Origin: Pachysolen tannophilus NRRL Y-2460
Taxonomy: Eukaryota
Direction: 5' to 3'
Assembly: GCA_001661245.1 (NCBI GenBank)
Contig: KV454011.1
Coordinates: 2,282,987-2,346,986, forward strand
Length of the DNA stretch: 64,000 bases
Shown piece by piece: positions 22,593-32,996 of this stretch. The notes below the pieces were generated by a model. The model had not been told where the DNA came from. It did not search any database and saw only the letters and a list, made by a program, of their open reading frames with translations. The position numbers and the translations under genes were made by a program. Each line of letters begins with the position of its first letter. The first letter of the stretch is position 1.

Positions 22593-23603
22593 ATGCTGTC
22601 ATCAGAATCTGACTATAACAGTGACTCTTCCAATTCATCGTTACCACCATCACCATCGTCACCTAGCGGGAATGGAGGACTAAACAATGAACAATCGTTG
22701 AAATCAAGAATTTTGTCCTATCCATTCGATGTGACAATGCATTTAAGTGAAAGTTTACAATTAATAGAATGGGATTTTTATGTTGAACAGTATGGCAAAC
22801 AATTGATTTGTTTCTTAAACCTTGTGTTTGTATGTTGCTCTTTTTATTTGGATTGTTACTATGAAGAGTCGTTGCATCAAAAATACAATTACATAAATAC
22901 CGACAATAATGAAGTTTTTGCAAAATATGGAATACCTAAAAGACAGAAATCACCTCCATATATATTGGTTCCTATTAGTCTAGTCTATTATGGATTAATA
23001 GTGTTAAGTTTTGCAAATCTGGTTTTATGTTTGACCAATGTTAAAAATTATGATTTGATTAATAGAGATATTAGCAAGGTGCCAAATACGCCATCTGCCT
23101 ACAAGATTGATTTTCAAAAACCATTGATTGTTGTTGATCAAAATGAAGATTCTTTCTTCATAAAGAGGTTTTCAATAATGATAATTAAGCTTATTTTTTA
23201 TAGAATTTTCCCCAAGGAACAGGAGAATGTAAATGATACAAATACTTCAATATGGAGACTATCAATGTGGGCTCCTTCCTTATTACAATTATACCTTTTG
23301 TCGTTGTTTTCACCTCTTAATGTGTTGTTCTTGACCTTGAATAAGCCAATTACTTTTAATGGCTTGGTTTTCTTAGTTTTATTAATGTCCTTTCAGTACA
23401 TGTTAATTTTCAATAAATATGAAGTATTAATTAAGGACAAAGAATTGGTTTTTAAAGAATTTTTACAAGACTATCAAGAAAATTATTTGAATCCAAGGTT
23501 AAGTAAAAAGTTTAGAGATGCTTCTGTTGATGCCACTAGGAGTAAGTTTGCTAATAATACAGTAAAATTTTATTTGAATGATAAAAGGACTAAAGTCTAT
23601 TAA
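22593..23603 (+). CDS. NUR1: Nur1/Mug154-family nuclear rim membrane protein
   Basis: RILSYPFD..LSE..IEWD; KNYDL..R...PNTPSA; WRLSMWAP..LQLYLLSLFSP; TM helices; KDKELVFKEFLQDY. Confidence 0.75.
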   Translation: MLSSESDYNSDSSNSSLPPSPSSPSGNGGLNNEQSLKSRILSYPFDVTMHLSESLQLIEWDFYVEQYGKQLICFLNLVFVCCSFYLDCYYEESLHQKYNYINTDNNEVFAKYGIPKRQKSPPYILVPISLVYYGLIVLSFANLVLCLTNVKNYDLINRDISKVPNTPSAYKIDFQKPLIVVDQNEDSFFIKRFSIMIIKLIFYRIFPKEQENVNDTNTSIWRLSMWAPSLLQLYLLSLFSPLNVLFLTLNKPITFNGLVFLVLLMSFQYMLIFNKYEVLIKDKELVFKEFLQDYQENYLNPRLSKKFRDASVDATRSKFANNTVKFYLNDKRTKVY

Positions 23604-23836
23604 TGAATATATTTTATAGTACTAAATAATATAATTTGATTAATTTTTCCAAAAGAAAAAAAAAAAAAACAACTTTTTACAATTTCCTCAATAATCCATT
23701 TCATCATCATCTGTCTTGACAATTTTTCTTTTCTTTCTTGGAGTTCCATCATCGTTATCGTTGTCTTGGGCAACGTCTTCATTTTTTCCAATTTTTTCTT
23801 CTTCACTTGCCTCTTCTTTCTTTAATTTGGCTAATC

Positions 23837-25741
23837 TCAGTTCTTCTTTCTTTTTTTTTCATCCTCCTGAAATTTTTCAATCAAAGTATGATCCATTAGG
23901 CCTTCAATACCTATTTGATAATTTGTCTTGTCAAAGTCCATCCAATAACCTAATTCTCTAGCTAATCTCAAACTTTTGAAATTCAAAACTTCTTTTCTGT
24001 TTTGTAAATCTTCTAATTCATCAACAGTTAAGGTAGAATTTTTATTTTCTAATAAATCAGTTACTTCCAGAATTTCCTTTTTAAAATTTTCCAATTGAAC
24101 ATTTCTTGATGATCTTGCTTTTATTTTTTCTTCCAATTGATTTAAACCAGATGGATAATTTTCAAAAATATTTGTTAATTCTCTAGCTCCATAGCGGAAT
24201 TGAAATTTTGGTCTATATTTAGAATTTTTTTCAATGGTTTCAATTGATTTAATAATCTTATCTTGTGTGATACCATTATTTTTGTTAAAAATTTCAATAT
24301 CAAAACCAGATTTTTTCCATTGAAACCAAATTTTATTACCATCAACAATATTACTAATGGTGAAAAAAAATTGTTCATCCATATTTTTATAATGTCTTTG
24401 AATTTCTTTTTTATATCTGAAAAAAAACCCCATTGTTGGTCTATTATCTATATGAGTTGTAAATGGGTATTTCACTGGTAATGAATCATCTTTTGATATT
24501 TTAATATGATCATTACTTTGTCTTGAACTTTCTTTTTCAAAAGTTTCCGAGTTTAAATCCATATATATGGATACAATGAAAAAAATGTTCACCATTATAT
24601 ATTGTCTAAATTTAAAAGTTTGAAAATATTTGTTGAATAAAGTTTCTGATGTGGTGATACTTGGATCAAACATAAAATTACTACAAATATGGATAACTTC
24701 TTCAAGTTCTATATCTGATTTAATTTTAGATTCTTTTATTTCAAACAAATCATTTTTTGGTGTTTTCCTTTTTTTACGATCATAAAGATCTTCTTTAATA
24801 ACAAGTTCAATTAAATCAGCAATAGCATCTTTATATTTATCAAATTGTTTATGATTAACTTTAATATTTTTCAATCTTTCATATGGATCAACAAATAATT
24901 CTCTTAATGTATAAAATAAGAAAAAAGGATCTTTCTTATATCTTCCCTTTAATTCTTGTTTTAATTTTAATTCAAAATTTTCATGTTTATTACATTCATA
25001 ATTTTTATTATTTAATGATTCATCACTCCATTTAAAACAATCACTTATAAAAATTCTTAATGAACCCAAAAATTTTAAAGTTTCTTCTTCATAATTAATT
25101 TTTAATAATTGTATTAATTCATTATACATTGTTATTAGTACAATTCCTGGTCTTGTTATACTTCTCATTGGAATATTATGATTACAATTATTTTTCAATC
25201 TTAATCTTCTAAAAGCTGAAGATTTATTAACAAATAAATCATATCCAAAAAATTTTATAAGAAATGATTTATTTGTTTTTAAAGAAATATTTGAAATGAT
25301 TTCATAAGGTAAATCATTCAGGGAATGATCATTTGTAGTTGAATAAATACTTAAATCTAACAAGATAAATAATTTTAAATTCAATTCCATTAAAGATTTA
25401 TTATTATTATCTTTATCATTTTCAATTCCATGAAAATATTCATCAATTATACATGTTATTGAATGTAAAAATGAAACCTCCAACAACAATTTTTTATGTT
25501 CAACTAAATTTTCTGCATCTAAGGGACTAATAATGTTCATGAATTCACCATTGGTTATATCTTCATTATCAAAAATTGGTTCAGAAATAATTGTATTTGT
25601 TAAATCTTTATAAGAATTTTCAACCAATGTCCTTAATTGACTAACCAAAGAATCTCGTACTGGAGTTAACAGAACAAGCACACTAGACGATTTAACACTT
25701 GAATAAGCCTCTGGAGGCACCGGAGTAGCAGTCTTGGACAT
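23837..25741 (-). CDS. HPR1: THO complex subunit Hpr1/THOC1; C-terminus probably extends to 23688 through a -1 frameshift in an A9 run
   Basis: FLGSLRIFISDCF, F.FRQYIMVNIFFI, WFQWKKSG, YGARELTNIF and FKSLRLAR resemble THOC1 motifs. Confidence 0.7.
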   Translation of the reverse strand: MSKTATPVPPEAYSSVKSSSVLVLLTPVRDSLVSQLRTLVENSYKDLTNTIISEPIFDNEDITNGEFMNIISPLDAENLVEHKKLLLEVSFLHSITCIIDEYFHGIENDKDNNNKSLMELNLKLFILLDLSIYSTTNDHSLNDLPYEIISNISLKTNKSFLIKFFGYDLFVNKSSAFRRLRLKNNCNHNIPMRSITRPGIVLITMYNELIQLLKINYEEETLKFLGSLRIFISDCFKWSDESLNNKNYECNKHENFELKLKQELKGRYKKDPFFLFYTLRELFVDPYERLKNIKVNHKQFDKYKDAIADLIELVIKEDLYDRKKRKTPKNDLFEIKESKIKSDIELEEVIHICSNFMFDPSITTSETLFNKYFQTFKFRQYIMVNIFFIVSIYMDLNSETFEKESSRQSNDHIKISKDDSLPVKYPFTTHIDNRPTMGFFFRYKKEIQRHYKNMDEQFFFTISNIVDGNKIWFQWKKSGFDIEIFNKNNGITQDKIIKSIETIEKNSKYRPKFQFRYGARELTNIFENYPSGLNQLEEKIKARSSRNVQLENFKKEILEVTDLLENKNSTLTVDELEDLQNRKEVLNFKSLRLARELGYWMDFDKTNYQIGIEGLMDHTLIEKFQEDEKKRKKN

Positions 25742-26346
25742 ATCCTTCTATCGTTAAGAAGTATTAATAATTTTAAATGAATATATTAAATAATATAATC
25801 TTCAGCTCCCTCGTCTATTTTTCTATATTTCAATTTTTCTATTTTTTTGCACGGGCAAAAAATGTCCAAGTTGGACCAAAGGCTCCGCTGGAAATCCCAT
25901 TAGGATCTTAGCTAGAGTCCCCGCCGAAAACTCAGGTGAGAATTCAATCACTAAAAAATGGTTAAATTATGTGAATTCAAAACCCACAATCCATAATTTG
26001 GGAGACGAATATAAGGTTCCATTTACTGTAGAGAAAGAGAATTAATATTGAAAAAAATTACATGTAAAAGTCATAATGGTATCTAGAAGGTTTTTTTCTA
26101 ATCACTAAGATCAAGCTGGTAAGCGCAGTGTTAACTGTAAACAGCAGCAGCAGCAACACTAATAAAACCATGATTCTCTGTAGTTACAGATATTGGAATT
26201 ACTTCAATCCAACACCGGCACCATCACCAGTACTATTAGTACAATAATGGTGGTGGTGGTGAACTGAAAAATTGACATGAGCGAGCGTGGTACTTAATAG
26301 CTACATCAGAATGTCGCTGTTCTGATTAAAAAAATAAAAAAACAAT

Positions 26347-26420
26347 TTGACACTTGACACATGTGACATATGGCACTTGACACTTGACACTTGACACTTG
26401 AGACTTGACACTTGTGACAC
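26347..26420. repeat. Tandem TTGACAC heptamer array in the HPR1/ELO divergent intergenic region
   Basis: About 10 perfect or degenerate copies (ttgacac ttgacac atgtgac... ttgacac ttgacac ttgacac ttgagac ttgacac ttgtgacac). Confidence 0.85.
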
Positions 26421-26865
26421 CCAAGAATGTCCAAGTTGACAGTGACGCCATTTTTGTCATGTTTGTCACTTCTTGTTGTGTCACTTGATTCCCTTTTTAG
26501 ACATTTGAGCACTTCAACACTACTTTGCGGTGTTTGGAAGTTTTTCCGGTGAAAAATTTTTTTTTTTTTCTGTTTTTTTTTTTGGTGAAAAAGATAAACA
26601 GAAAAACGATGTCTGTGAGAAGAAGGTAAACATTGGGGAAAGTTCAAGATTCTTTATAAATATAAAATATATATTTAAATTTAAATTGAATTGAAGAAAA
26701 ATAAATTTAATTTTTTCCATTGTGGGTTTTTCTTTTTGTTGTTGTTGTTGTTATTGTTATTGTTGTTGTTATTGCTGGTTTTGTTTGGTGATTTATTATA
26801 GATATCCGGTAATATAAGTTGATTTTAATTTATTATTTAAACGCGCTTAAAGAAAGAAAAAAAGA

Positions 26866-27882
26866 ATGCTGTCATTTTCAATTGATTCATTACCAATTCC
26901 ATCTGTTGAAAGACCATTTGGTATTTACTTATGGGATCATTTCAATTTAATTGTTTCTTATTTGAGTGGGAATAAGTTTGTTCCTGCAAATTTTCAATTT
27001 GATGAAGGAAAATTACCATTTTCAACTTTAAAACCTGTTATTATTATAATATCTATATATTATTTATTGGTATTTGGTGGTAATTTTATTTTTAAAAAAT
27101 TTAATATTAAGCCATTTGTATTGAATGAACTTTTCCAACTTCATAATTTTGTCTTGACAAGTTTATCATCAACTTTACTTTTATTAATGGTTGAACAATT
27201 AATTCCAATTATTTATCAAAATGGAATTTTTTATGCAATTTGTTCACCAGATGCTTGGACTCAAGAATTAGTTACATTATATTATTTAAATTATTTAACT
27301 AAATATTTTGAATTTTTAGATACAATTTTTTTAGTTGTTAAACAAAAAAAATTAACTTTTTTACATACTTATCATCATGGTGCAACTGCTTTACTTTGTT
27401 ATACTCAATTAGTTGGTCAAACTTCTATTAGTTGGGTTCCAATCGTTTTAAACTTGGCCGTTCATGTCATTATGTATTTTTATTATTTCTTAGCTGCAAG
27501 AGGTATTAGAGTTTGGTGGAAAGAATGGGTTACAAGATTTCAAATTTTACAATTTGTTTTAGATTTAGGATTTGTTTATTTTGCAACATATCAAAAAATG
27601 GCTTTCACTTTTTTACCAGATACTTTACCTTATTGTTCAGATTGTGCTGGTAGTATGACTGCTGCTTATAGTGGATGTGCAATCTTATCTTCTTATTTGG
27701 TCTTATTCATTGCTTTCTATATCGAAGTTTATAAAAAGAAAGGATCAAGAAAGGCAAAAGCAGTTAAAGCTGTTAGAGGTGGTTTCTCTGCAAAAGTTAA
27801 CGAATACGTTAATTTAGAAGGTGTCAAATTAGCAAGTGCTACTCCAACTCCAAGTCCAGCTCCAAGAAACAGAAAACGTTAA
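26866..27882 (+). CDS. Fatty acid elongase, ELO family (Elo1/Elo2-like)
   Basis: KYFEFLDTIFLV, FLHTYHHGAT histidine box, HVIMYFYY, VTRFQILQF; multiple TM segments. Confidence 0.93.
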   Translation: MLSFSIDSLPIPSVERPFGIYLWDHFNLIVSYLSGNKFVPANFQFDEGKLPFSTLKPVIIIISIYYLLVFGGNFIFKKFNIKPFVLNELFQLHNFVLTSLSSTLLLLMVEQLIPIIYQNGIFYAICSPDAWTQELVTLYYLNYLTKYFEFLDTIFLVVKQKKLTFLHTYHHGATALLCYTQLVGQTSISWVPIVLNLAVHVIMYFYYFLAARGIRVWWKEWVTRFQILQFVLDLGFVYFATYQKMAFTFLPDTLPYCSDCAGSMTAAYSGCAILSSYLVLFIAFYIEVYKKKGSRKAKAVKAVRGGFSAKVNEYVNLEGVKLASATPTPSPAPRNRKR

Positions 27883-27937
27883 AGAAAAAAAATAAAAAAA
27901 TTTTTCTTCCTTTGAAAACTTATAGATACCCTTTGAA

Positions 27938-27972
<35 letters not shown>

Positions 27973-28160
27973 AAAATAAAAAGTAAAAGAAACAAACGAG
28001 ACCTGACCTTTTACCCAATAGCTGGCCAGTATATATATAATTTTTTTTTTTTTTTTTTTGATTACTTTTTATCATCATCATTATTACTATTATCTTATGT
28101 TTTATATGGGAAACCTTTATATTAAATATACATAAAATTCTTGTGCTTTATTTTTTTATA

Positions 28161-29189
28161 CTAATTGAGGATATTATTAACTCTGTTTTTAGCTAATTGT
28201 ACTGTTTTCAAAACTATATTTTCATCAATTATAACATTCTCATCACCTCCAACAATATTCAAATATCTCATTTTCAAATTTTTATCAATTATAACATTTA
28301 TCAATGATTTACAACATGTTTCTTCAGCATGACCTTCTAAATCACACAAGATTATAGTTTCCTTACCATCATCATTATTAACCAACCCAAAAGTTAAAGA
28401 CCAATTTATATTTTCTTCATTTATCTTCAATTGGTTATACAGTTCAGAATCACATATAATTTCAGGTTTAACATTACCTCCATTTTTCCTATTATCATTG
28501 ATAATAAATTCTTCATCTGTAAAATGGATAAAAGGTAATTTTACCGTTTGTAATGATTTCACCAATGAACCATAACAATAATCAAATAATGGACCTTCTC
28601 TTGAAAAAACTTGAATATTAGCATACAATACAAAAGCATATCTTTTCCTATTATTATTATTATTATTAGTATCATCATTTGTCTTTAACAGTATATTATC
28701 TATAATTAAAGATTTTTTTGGCAAGATTTTAGAATGTAACAACGTCTCATATAATTGCTGAGATAATATCATCTCCTCATCTGTTGGTGCCCCATTCAAC
28801 TTGCCCCTAGATATTTCCACAACAGGGTATATACTGGTATATTCCATAGAATCATCATGATCGTCACTAGTAGTAGTAGTACTAACGTTAGCAATTTCCA
28901 CTATACCTCCAGTAATCCCACATATCACCGTTGTATTCCCACTCTTGATCACTGAAGACCCCAACACTGGAGAATCAGTTACAGACTCTCCATCCACATC
29001 CCCATCATACCTCGATAACCCAGATTTGACATTCAAAGTCAAATTTTTAAACTCATGAAATTTCCGAAGACATGGTCTTAAACCCAAATCTAAATGTCTT
29101 TTCAACGATAAATCAGGAGCAACAACAGACAATATTTCAGCTGGAAACCGAATTGACCCCATCTCCTCTTGACCATTACCCTCAGACAT
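28161..29189 (-). CDS. RRP43: Exosome RNase PH-like subunit
   Basis: FPAEILSVVAPDLSLKRHLDLGLRPCLRKFHEF, IYPVVEISRG..GAPTDEEMILSQ, VFSREGPLFD; first ATG at 29189. Confidence 0.9.
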   Translation of the reverse strand: MSEGNGQEEMGSIRFPAEILSVVAPDLSLKRHLDLGLRPCLRKFHEFKNLTLNVKSGLSRYDGDVDGESVTDSPVLGSSVIKSGNTTVICGITGGIVEIANVSTTTTSDDHDDSMEYTSIYPVVEISRGKLNGAPTDEEMILSQQLYETLLHSKILPKKSLIIDNILLKTNDDTNNNNNNRKRYAFVLYANIQVFSREGPLFDYCYGSLVKSLQTVKLPFIHFTDEEFIINDNRKNGGNVKPEIICDSELYNQLKINEENINWSLTFGLVNNDDGKETIILCDLEGHAEETCCKSLINVIIDKNLKMRYLNIVGGDENVIIDENIVLKTVQLAKNRVNNILN

Positions 29190-29429
29190 CTCCGACAAGC
29201 TTATAATCTCCTATAATACCCCAAGTTGATTAATATAATAGTATAATGACCAAATATTAAAATGAAGAAAAATAGCTACAAAAAATAGCTACAAAAAATG
29301 GAAAATGAAAAATAAAGAAAAAAAAAATTTTCAGTTTGCCTTTTAATATATAGATTTCAACAAGTTTTTGTTATTTCTTTATGAAAGATAATAGAACAAG
29401 GATTGAAGGTATAGGAACTATATATGTGA

Positions 29430-32400
29430 ATGATGGAGGTCCATGGTACAGGCGGGAATGTCAATGAGCTGTTATTACAACAACTTCAGCCGAGTGGTGG
29501 TACGATTGGGTTGAACAATTTGGGTAATACATGTTTTATGAATAGTGCTCTTCAATGTATTCTTCATATTCCGGAATTAAATTATTATTTCTTGAGTAAT
29601 TATTATAAGAAAGAGATCAATTTACAAAATCCTTTAGGAAATAATGGGAAGATATCTGAAGTTTTTGCTAAATTGGTTCATGAATTGTTTCTGCTGAGAA
29701 CAAATAAGATTGACAAATTTTCCCCTCGTGAGTTTAAATATACAATTGGTAAATTCAATTCGATATTTGCTGGATATCATCAACAGGATTCTCAAGAATT
29801 TCTTAGTTATGTGCTAGATGGGTTACATGAGGATTTAAATAGGATCATTAATAAGCCATACACTGAAAAACCAGAATTGAGAGATACTAAAAATGTTAAT
29901 TTAAACGATGTTGCAGAATTAGCTGCAAAAAGTTGGGAAGTTCATAAGTTAAGAAATGATTCGATAATAAATGATTTGTTTGTTGGATTATACAAATCCA
30001 CGTTAATTTGTCCAATTTGTAATAAGATAAGTATTACTTTTGATCCATATAATGAATTAACTTTACCATTACCAACTAATAAGACTTGGAATCATAATAT
30101 AATTTTATTTGATGAATGTGGATACCCAAAGAAATTTGAAGTTGAATTGAATAAATGTTCAACTTTTAACGATTTGAAATCATATGTTTCTGGACATTTG
30201 AATATACCAATCAATGAACTTATTTGTATGGAAGTTTTCAATTCTCAATTTTACAAAAATTATGAATCAAAGGATTCTGATATTAATTACATGCCAATTG
30301 GCGATTTAATAGGAGATAATGATTATATCATTTTTTACCACATTCGTCACAAACCTGGAGATTTAATTGTACCCGTTTTGAATACATTATCAAATTCGAC
30401 TCCAAATTTGAAAAATAAACCTTTTGGAATCCCATTTTTTATAACTCTTTCCGAAGAAGAAAGATATTCATTTGGTTCAATAAGAGAAAAATTAGAGAAA
30501 AGATATGATCAATTATCTACTTATAGCTATTTTTCAAGGATAAGAACACATCAAAAGAAAGATTATCATACTTTAAATGATTTCCCATATTTGGAACAAA
30601 AATTTGGTGAGTATTACCGTAAGACAAATGGTAGTATTGATGAAGAAGACGATATGATTGAAGGATATCAGTCTGATATTTCTTTAGCAAATCCAGATAT
30701 TCCTGGTAATTATGCATTTGAAATTAAAACTTTCGACAGTTCTAGAGAGATTAAGAAAAAATATCCAGGTTATTTTTCGATACAGAATGAAAACAATATT
30801 GGTACAGAAGATGATGAGGATGACGAACTATGGGTTCCTCAATCTTACAATAATTTTGAGAATTTACCTAGATTATTGGATAGATTGAGCGATAAGAAAA
30901 AAGAGTTTTATACTTATAATCATGAAGAAGAAGAAGAAGAAGAAAACCAAAAGGAACAGCAATATCAACCACAACCACAACAAGAACAAGAACAAGAACA
31001 AGAACAAAAACAAGAACAAGAACAAGAAGCAAAAACACATCAAAAGGAAAAAAGGGATAGCGTCGCAGATGATACTTTACAAACGATTGAAATTTCGTCG
31101 TCATCTTCTGAAGACGATTTCCCAGGTTTAAACAAAGCATTAAAAGAAATTGACGATTCTGAGAATGGTGATACAAAAATGGACATTTTACCTTTGTTAT
31201 GTGATAATCTGGGCCTTAATGGAAATGATACCGTTAATTCACTGGAAATGCAAGGAAATCAACAACAAGTTCCTGGGAAAGCATTGATCTCAGAAAAAAT
31301 GGCCATTGTTTGCGAATGGGACAGCGACTCATTTGATATTTTTTTTACAGGATTAGAAGAAGATGATGAGGGTGGAAAGGAAACTTGGTCAAATCCAGAA
31401 GTTATACCTAACGAAGAATTGGTTCTTAAAAGGCAGCAACAAGAAGAAGAGCAAGCTCTGAATAATTTTAAATCGAAAAAAAAAGCAATTACCTTGGACG
31501 ATTGTTTAAAGTTATTTGAAGAACCTGAAGTTTTAACAGATCAAGATTTGTGGTACTGTCCATCTTGCAAAAAACATACTCAAGCTACAAAGGCTCTAGA
31601 GCTTTGGTCTTTACCAGATATTTTAACAATTCATCTAAAAAGATTTGAAAATCAGAGATCATTAAGTGATAAGATTGATGATCTTGTTGAGTTTCCAATA
31701 ACGGCTTTAGACATGTCTCCATATATAGTATCACAAAATGGTAGGACTGAAGAACAACCAATCTACGATTTGTTTGCAGTTGATAACCATTACGGTGGTA
31801 TAGGAGGTGGCCATTACACTGCATTTGTTAAAAACTTTGTTGATGATCAATGGTATTATTATGCTGACAGTGTTGTTCACAAGGCTGATCCTAAAGAATC
31901 AGTTAAAGGTTCTGCCTATTTATTGTTTTACAGGAGAAGAACATCTAATGGCCGTTACCTTGGTGGTGATTACATCAATGAAATCATTCGTGATACAAAA
32001 TTGAAACAGGAAGAAGAATTGAAGCTGGACTTTGAAAGAGTTACCCGTTTGAAAGAGGAATTGGCATTGTCTGAAGCGAGGGAGAAGAAGAATAACGAAT
32101 CACAAAAGCAACAAGAAACCGGAGTAGTAGTAGAAGAAGAAGAAGAGGAGGAGGATAACAGCCAAGAGGTTCATTTGGGAGATACAGAAATGAGTGATAC
32201 GGGTGATGTGTTTGGTGATCCTTCTAATGCTCCAGCAAATGCGAGTTTAGTTAAAGTATCATCAGTGCCACCATTAAGGAAGAAACGGAAATCAAATGGA
32301 AATAAACCTTTATCTTCTCCAACAGATTCATCGTCATCTGCATCTTCTAATATCCTGCCAAGCATGGCTCTGTCCACTTCCAACAGTAACGGAGTGAATC

Positions 32401-32768
32401 TTCCTATGCAAAACTCACAGTTATTATCTTTAGATCAATCTTTGATCACAAATATAACCAATCATATTGAAAGCAATAGCAACAATAACAATGCAATAAG
32501 TACAGACAATTCAAATATTGGCTCACCTATTAATAGCAACGATGTTATTGGAAGCGATGTCGAAACATCTTCCGTCTATTCCTCCTCCATAGTTCCAAGA
32601 GAAGAACTTTTTGACGGCTCAAGATTGAATTCACCAAAACTCCCACCTGTCATTCCTGCTGGGACTAACAAATATGTTAGCTCTGGGTTAGTTGATGTTT
32701 CTATTTCTATTTCCAACGATGACGATCAACAAAATGAAGGTAATGATGAACATGTTGGTGACGAATAA
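29430..32768 (+). CDS. UBP12: Ubiquitin-specific protease, Ubp12/USP15-like, without the N-terminal DUSP region
   Basis: Cys box GLNNLGNTCFMNSALQC, QQDSQEF, split catalytic domain, WYCPSCK, His box DNHYGGIGGGHYTAF. Confidence 0.85.
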   Translation: MMEVHGTGGNVNELLLQQLQPSGGTIGLNNLGNTCFMNSALQCILHIPELNYYFLSNYYKKEINLQNPLGNNGKISEVFAKLVHELFLLRTNKIDKFSPREFKYTIGKFNSIFAGYHQQDSQEFLSYVLDGLHEDLNRIINKPYTEKPELRDTKNVNLNDVAELAAKSWEVHKLRNDSIINDLFVGLYKSTLICPICNKISITFDPYNELTLPLPTNKTWNHNIILFDECGYPKKFEVELNKCSTFNDLKSYVSGHLNIPINELICMEVFNSQFYKNYESKDSDINYMPIGDLIGDNDYIIFYHIRHKPGDLIVPVLNTLSNSTPNLKNKPFGIPFFITLSEEERYSFGSIREKLEKRYDQLSTYSYFSRIRTHQKKDYHTLNDFPYLEQKFGEYYRKTNGSIDEEDDMIEGYQSDISLANPDIPGNYAFEIKTFDSSREIKKKYPGYFSIQNENNIGTEDDEDDELWVPQSYNNFENLPRLLDRLSDKKKEFYTYNHEEEEEEENQKEQQYQPQPQQEQEQEQEQKQEQEQEAKTHQKEKRDSVADDTLQTIEISSSSSEDDFPGLNKALKEIDDSENGDTKMDILPLLCDNLGLNGNDTVNSLEMQGNQQQVPGKALISEKMAIVCEWDSDSFDIFFTGLEEDDEGGKETWSNPEVIPNEELVLKRQQQEEEQALNNFKSKKKAITLDDCLKLFEEPEVLTDQDLWYCPSCKKHTQATKALELWSLPDILTIHLKRFENQRSLSDKIDDLVEFPITALDMSPYIVSQNGRTEEQPIYDLFAVDNHYGGIGGGHYTAFVKNFVDDQWYYYADSVVHKADPKESVKGSAYLLFYRRRTSNGRYLGGDYINEIIRDTKLKQEEELKLDFERVTRLKEELALSEAREKKNNESQKQQETGVVVEEEEEEEDNSQEVHLGDTEMSDTGDVFGDPSNAPANASLVKVSSVPPLRKKRKSNGNKPLSSPTDSSSSASSNILPSMALSTSNSNGVNLPMQNSQLLSLDQSLITNITNHIESNSNNNNAISTDNSNIGSPINSNDVIGSDVETSSVYSSSIVPREELFDGSRLNSPKLPPVIPAGTNKYVSSGLVDVSISISNDDDQQNEGNDEHVGDE
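30981..31028 (+). repeat. Coding (CAAGAA)n repeat encoding a QE tract in Ubp12
   Basis: caagaacaagaacaagaa... translated QEQEQEQEQKQEQEQE. Confidence 0.8.
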
Positions 32769-32996
32769 TTTATTTTTTTTTACTTAGATTTGGTTATGGT
32801 CTTTAATCTTTAGCTTTCATTTTTTCGTTGATATAAACAAATATCTTTTCAGTTCTTTATAATATTTAATAATATCCGTATTTTATTTAAGAAGGTTTTT
32901 AAATGGCTACTTGTAGAAATATATTAAAAAATACATTGATAATTTTTTATATAAAGCAAACAATTGAAAACGAAACAAAAAGCTTACATCCACCAC

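Noticed and set aside
25915..25925. GAGTCCCCG resembling RNase MRP CR-I
   Set aside because: No matching CR-V (GGGGCTTA-like) element within a plausible distance
26106..26116. CTAAGATCAAG resembling U2 snRNA
   Set aside because: Not followed by the TGTAGTA branch-pairing sequence, and no U2 5' stem is present
26347..26420. Repeat array as CRISPR or telomeric seed
   Set aside because: Eukaryotic context, 7-bp unit without spacers, and no evidence it matches a telomere repeat
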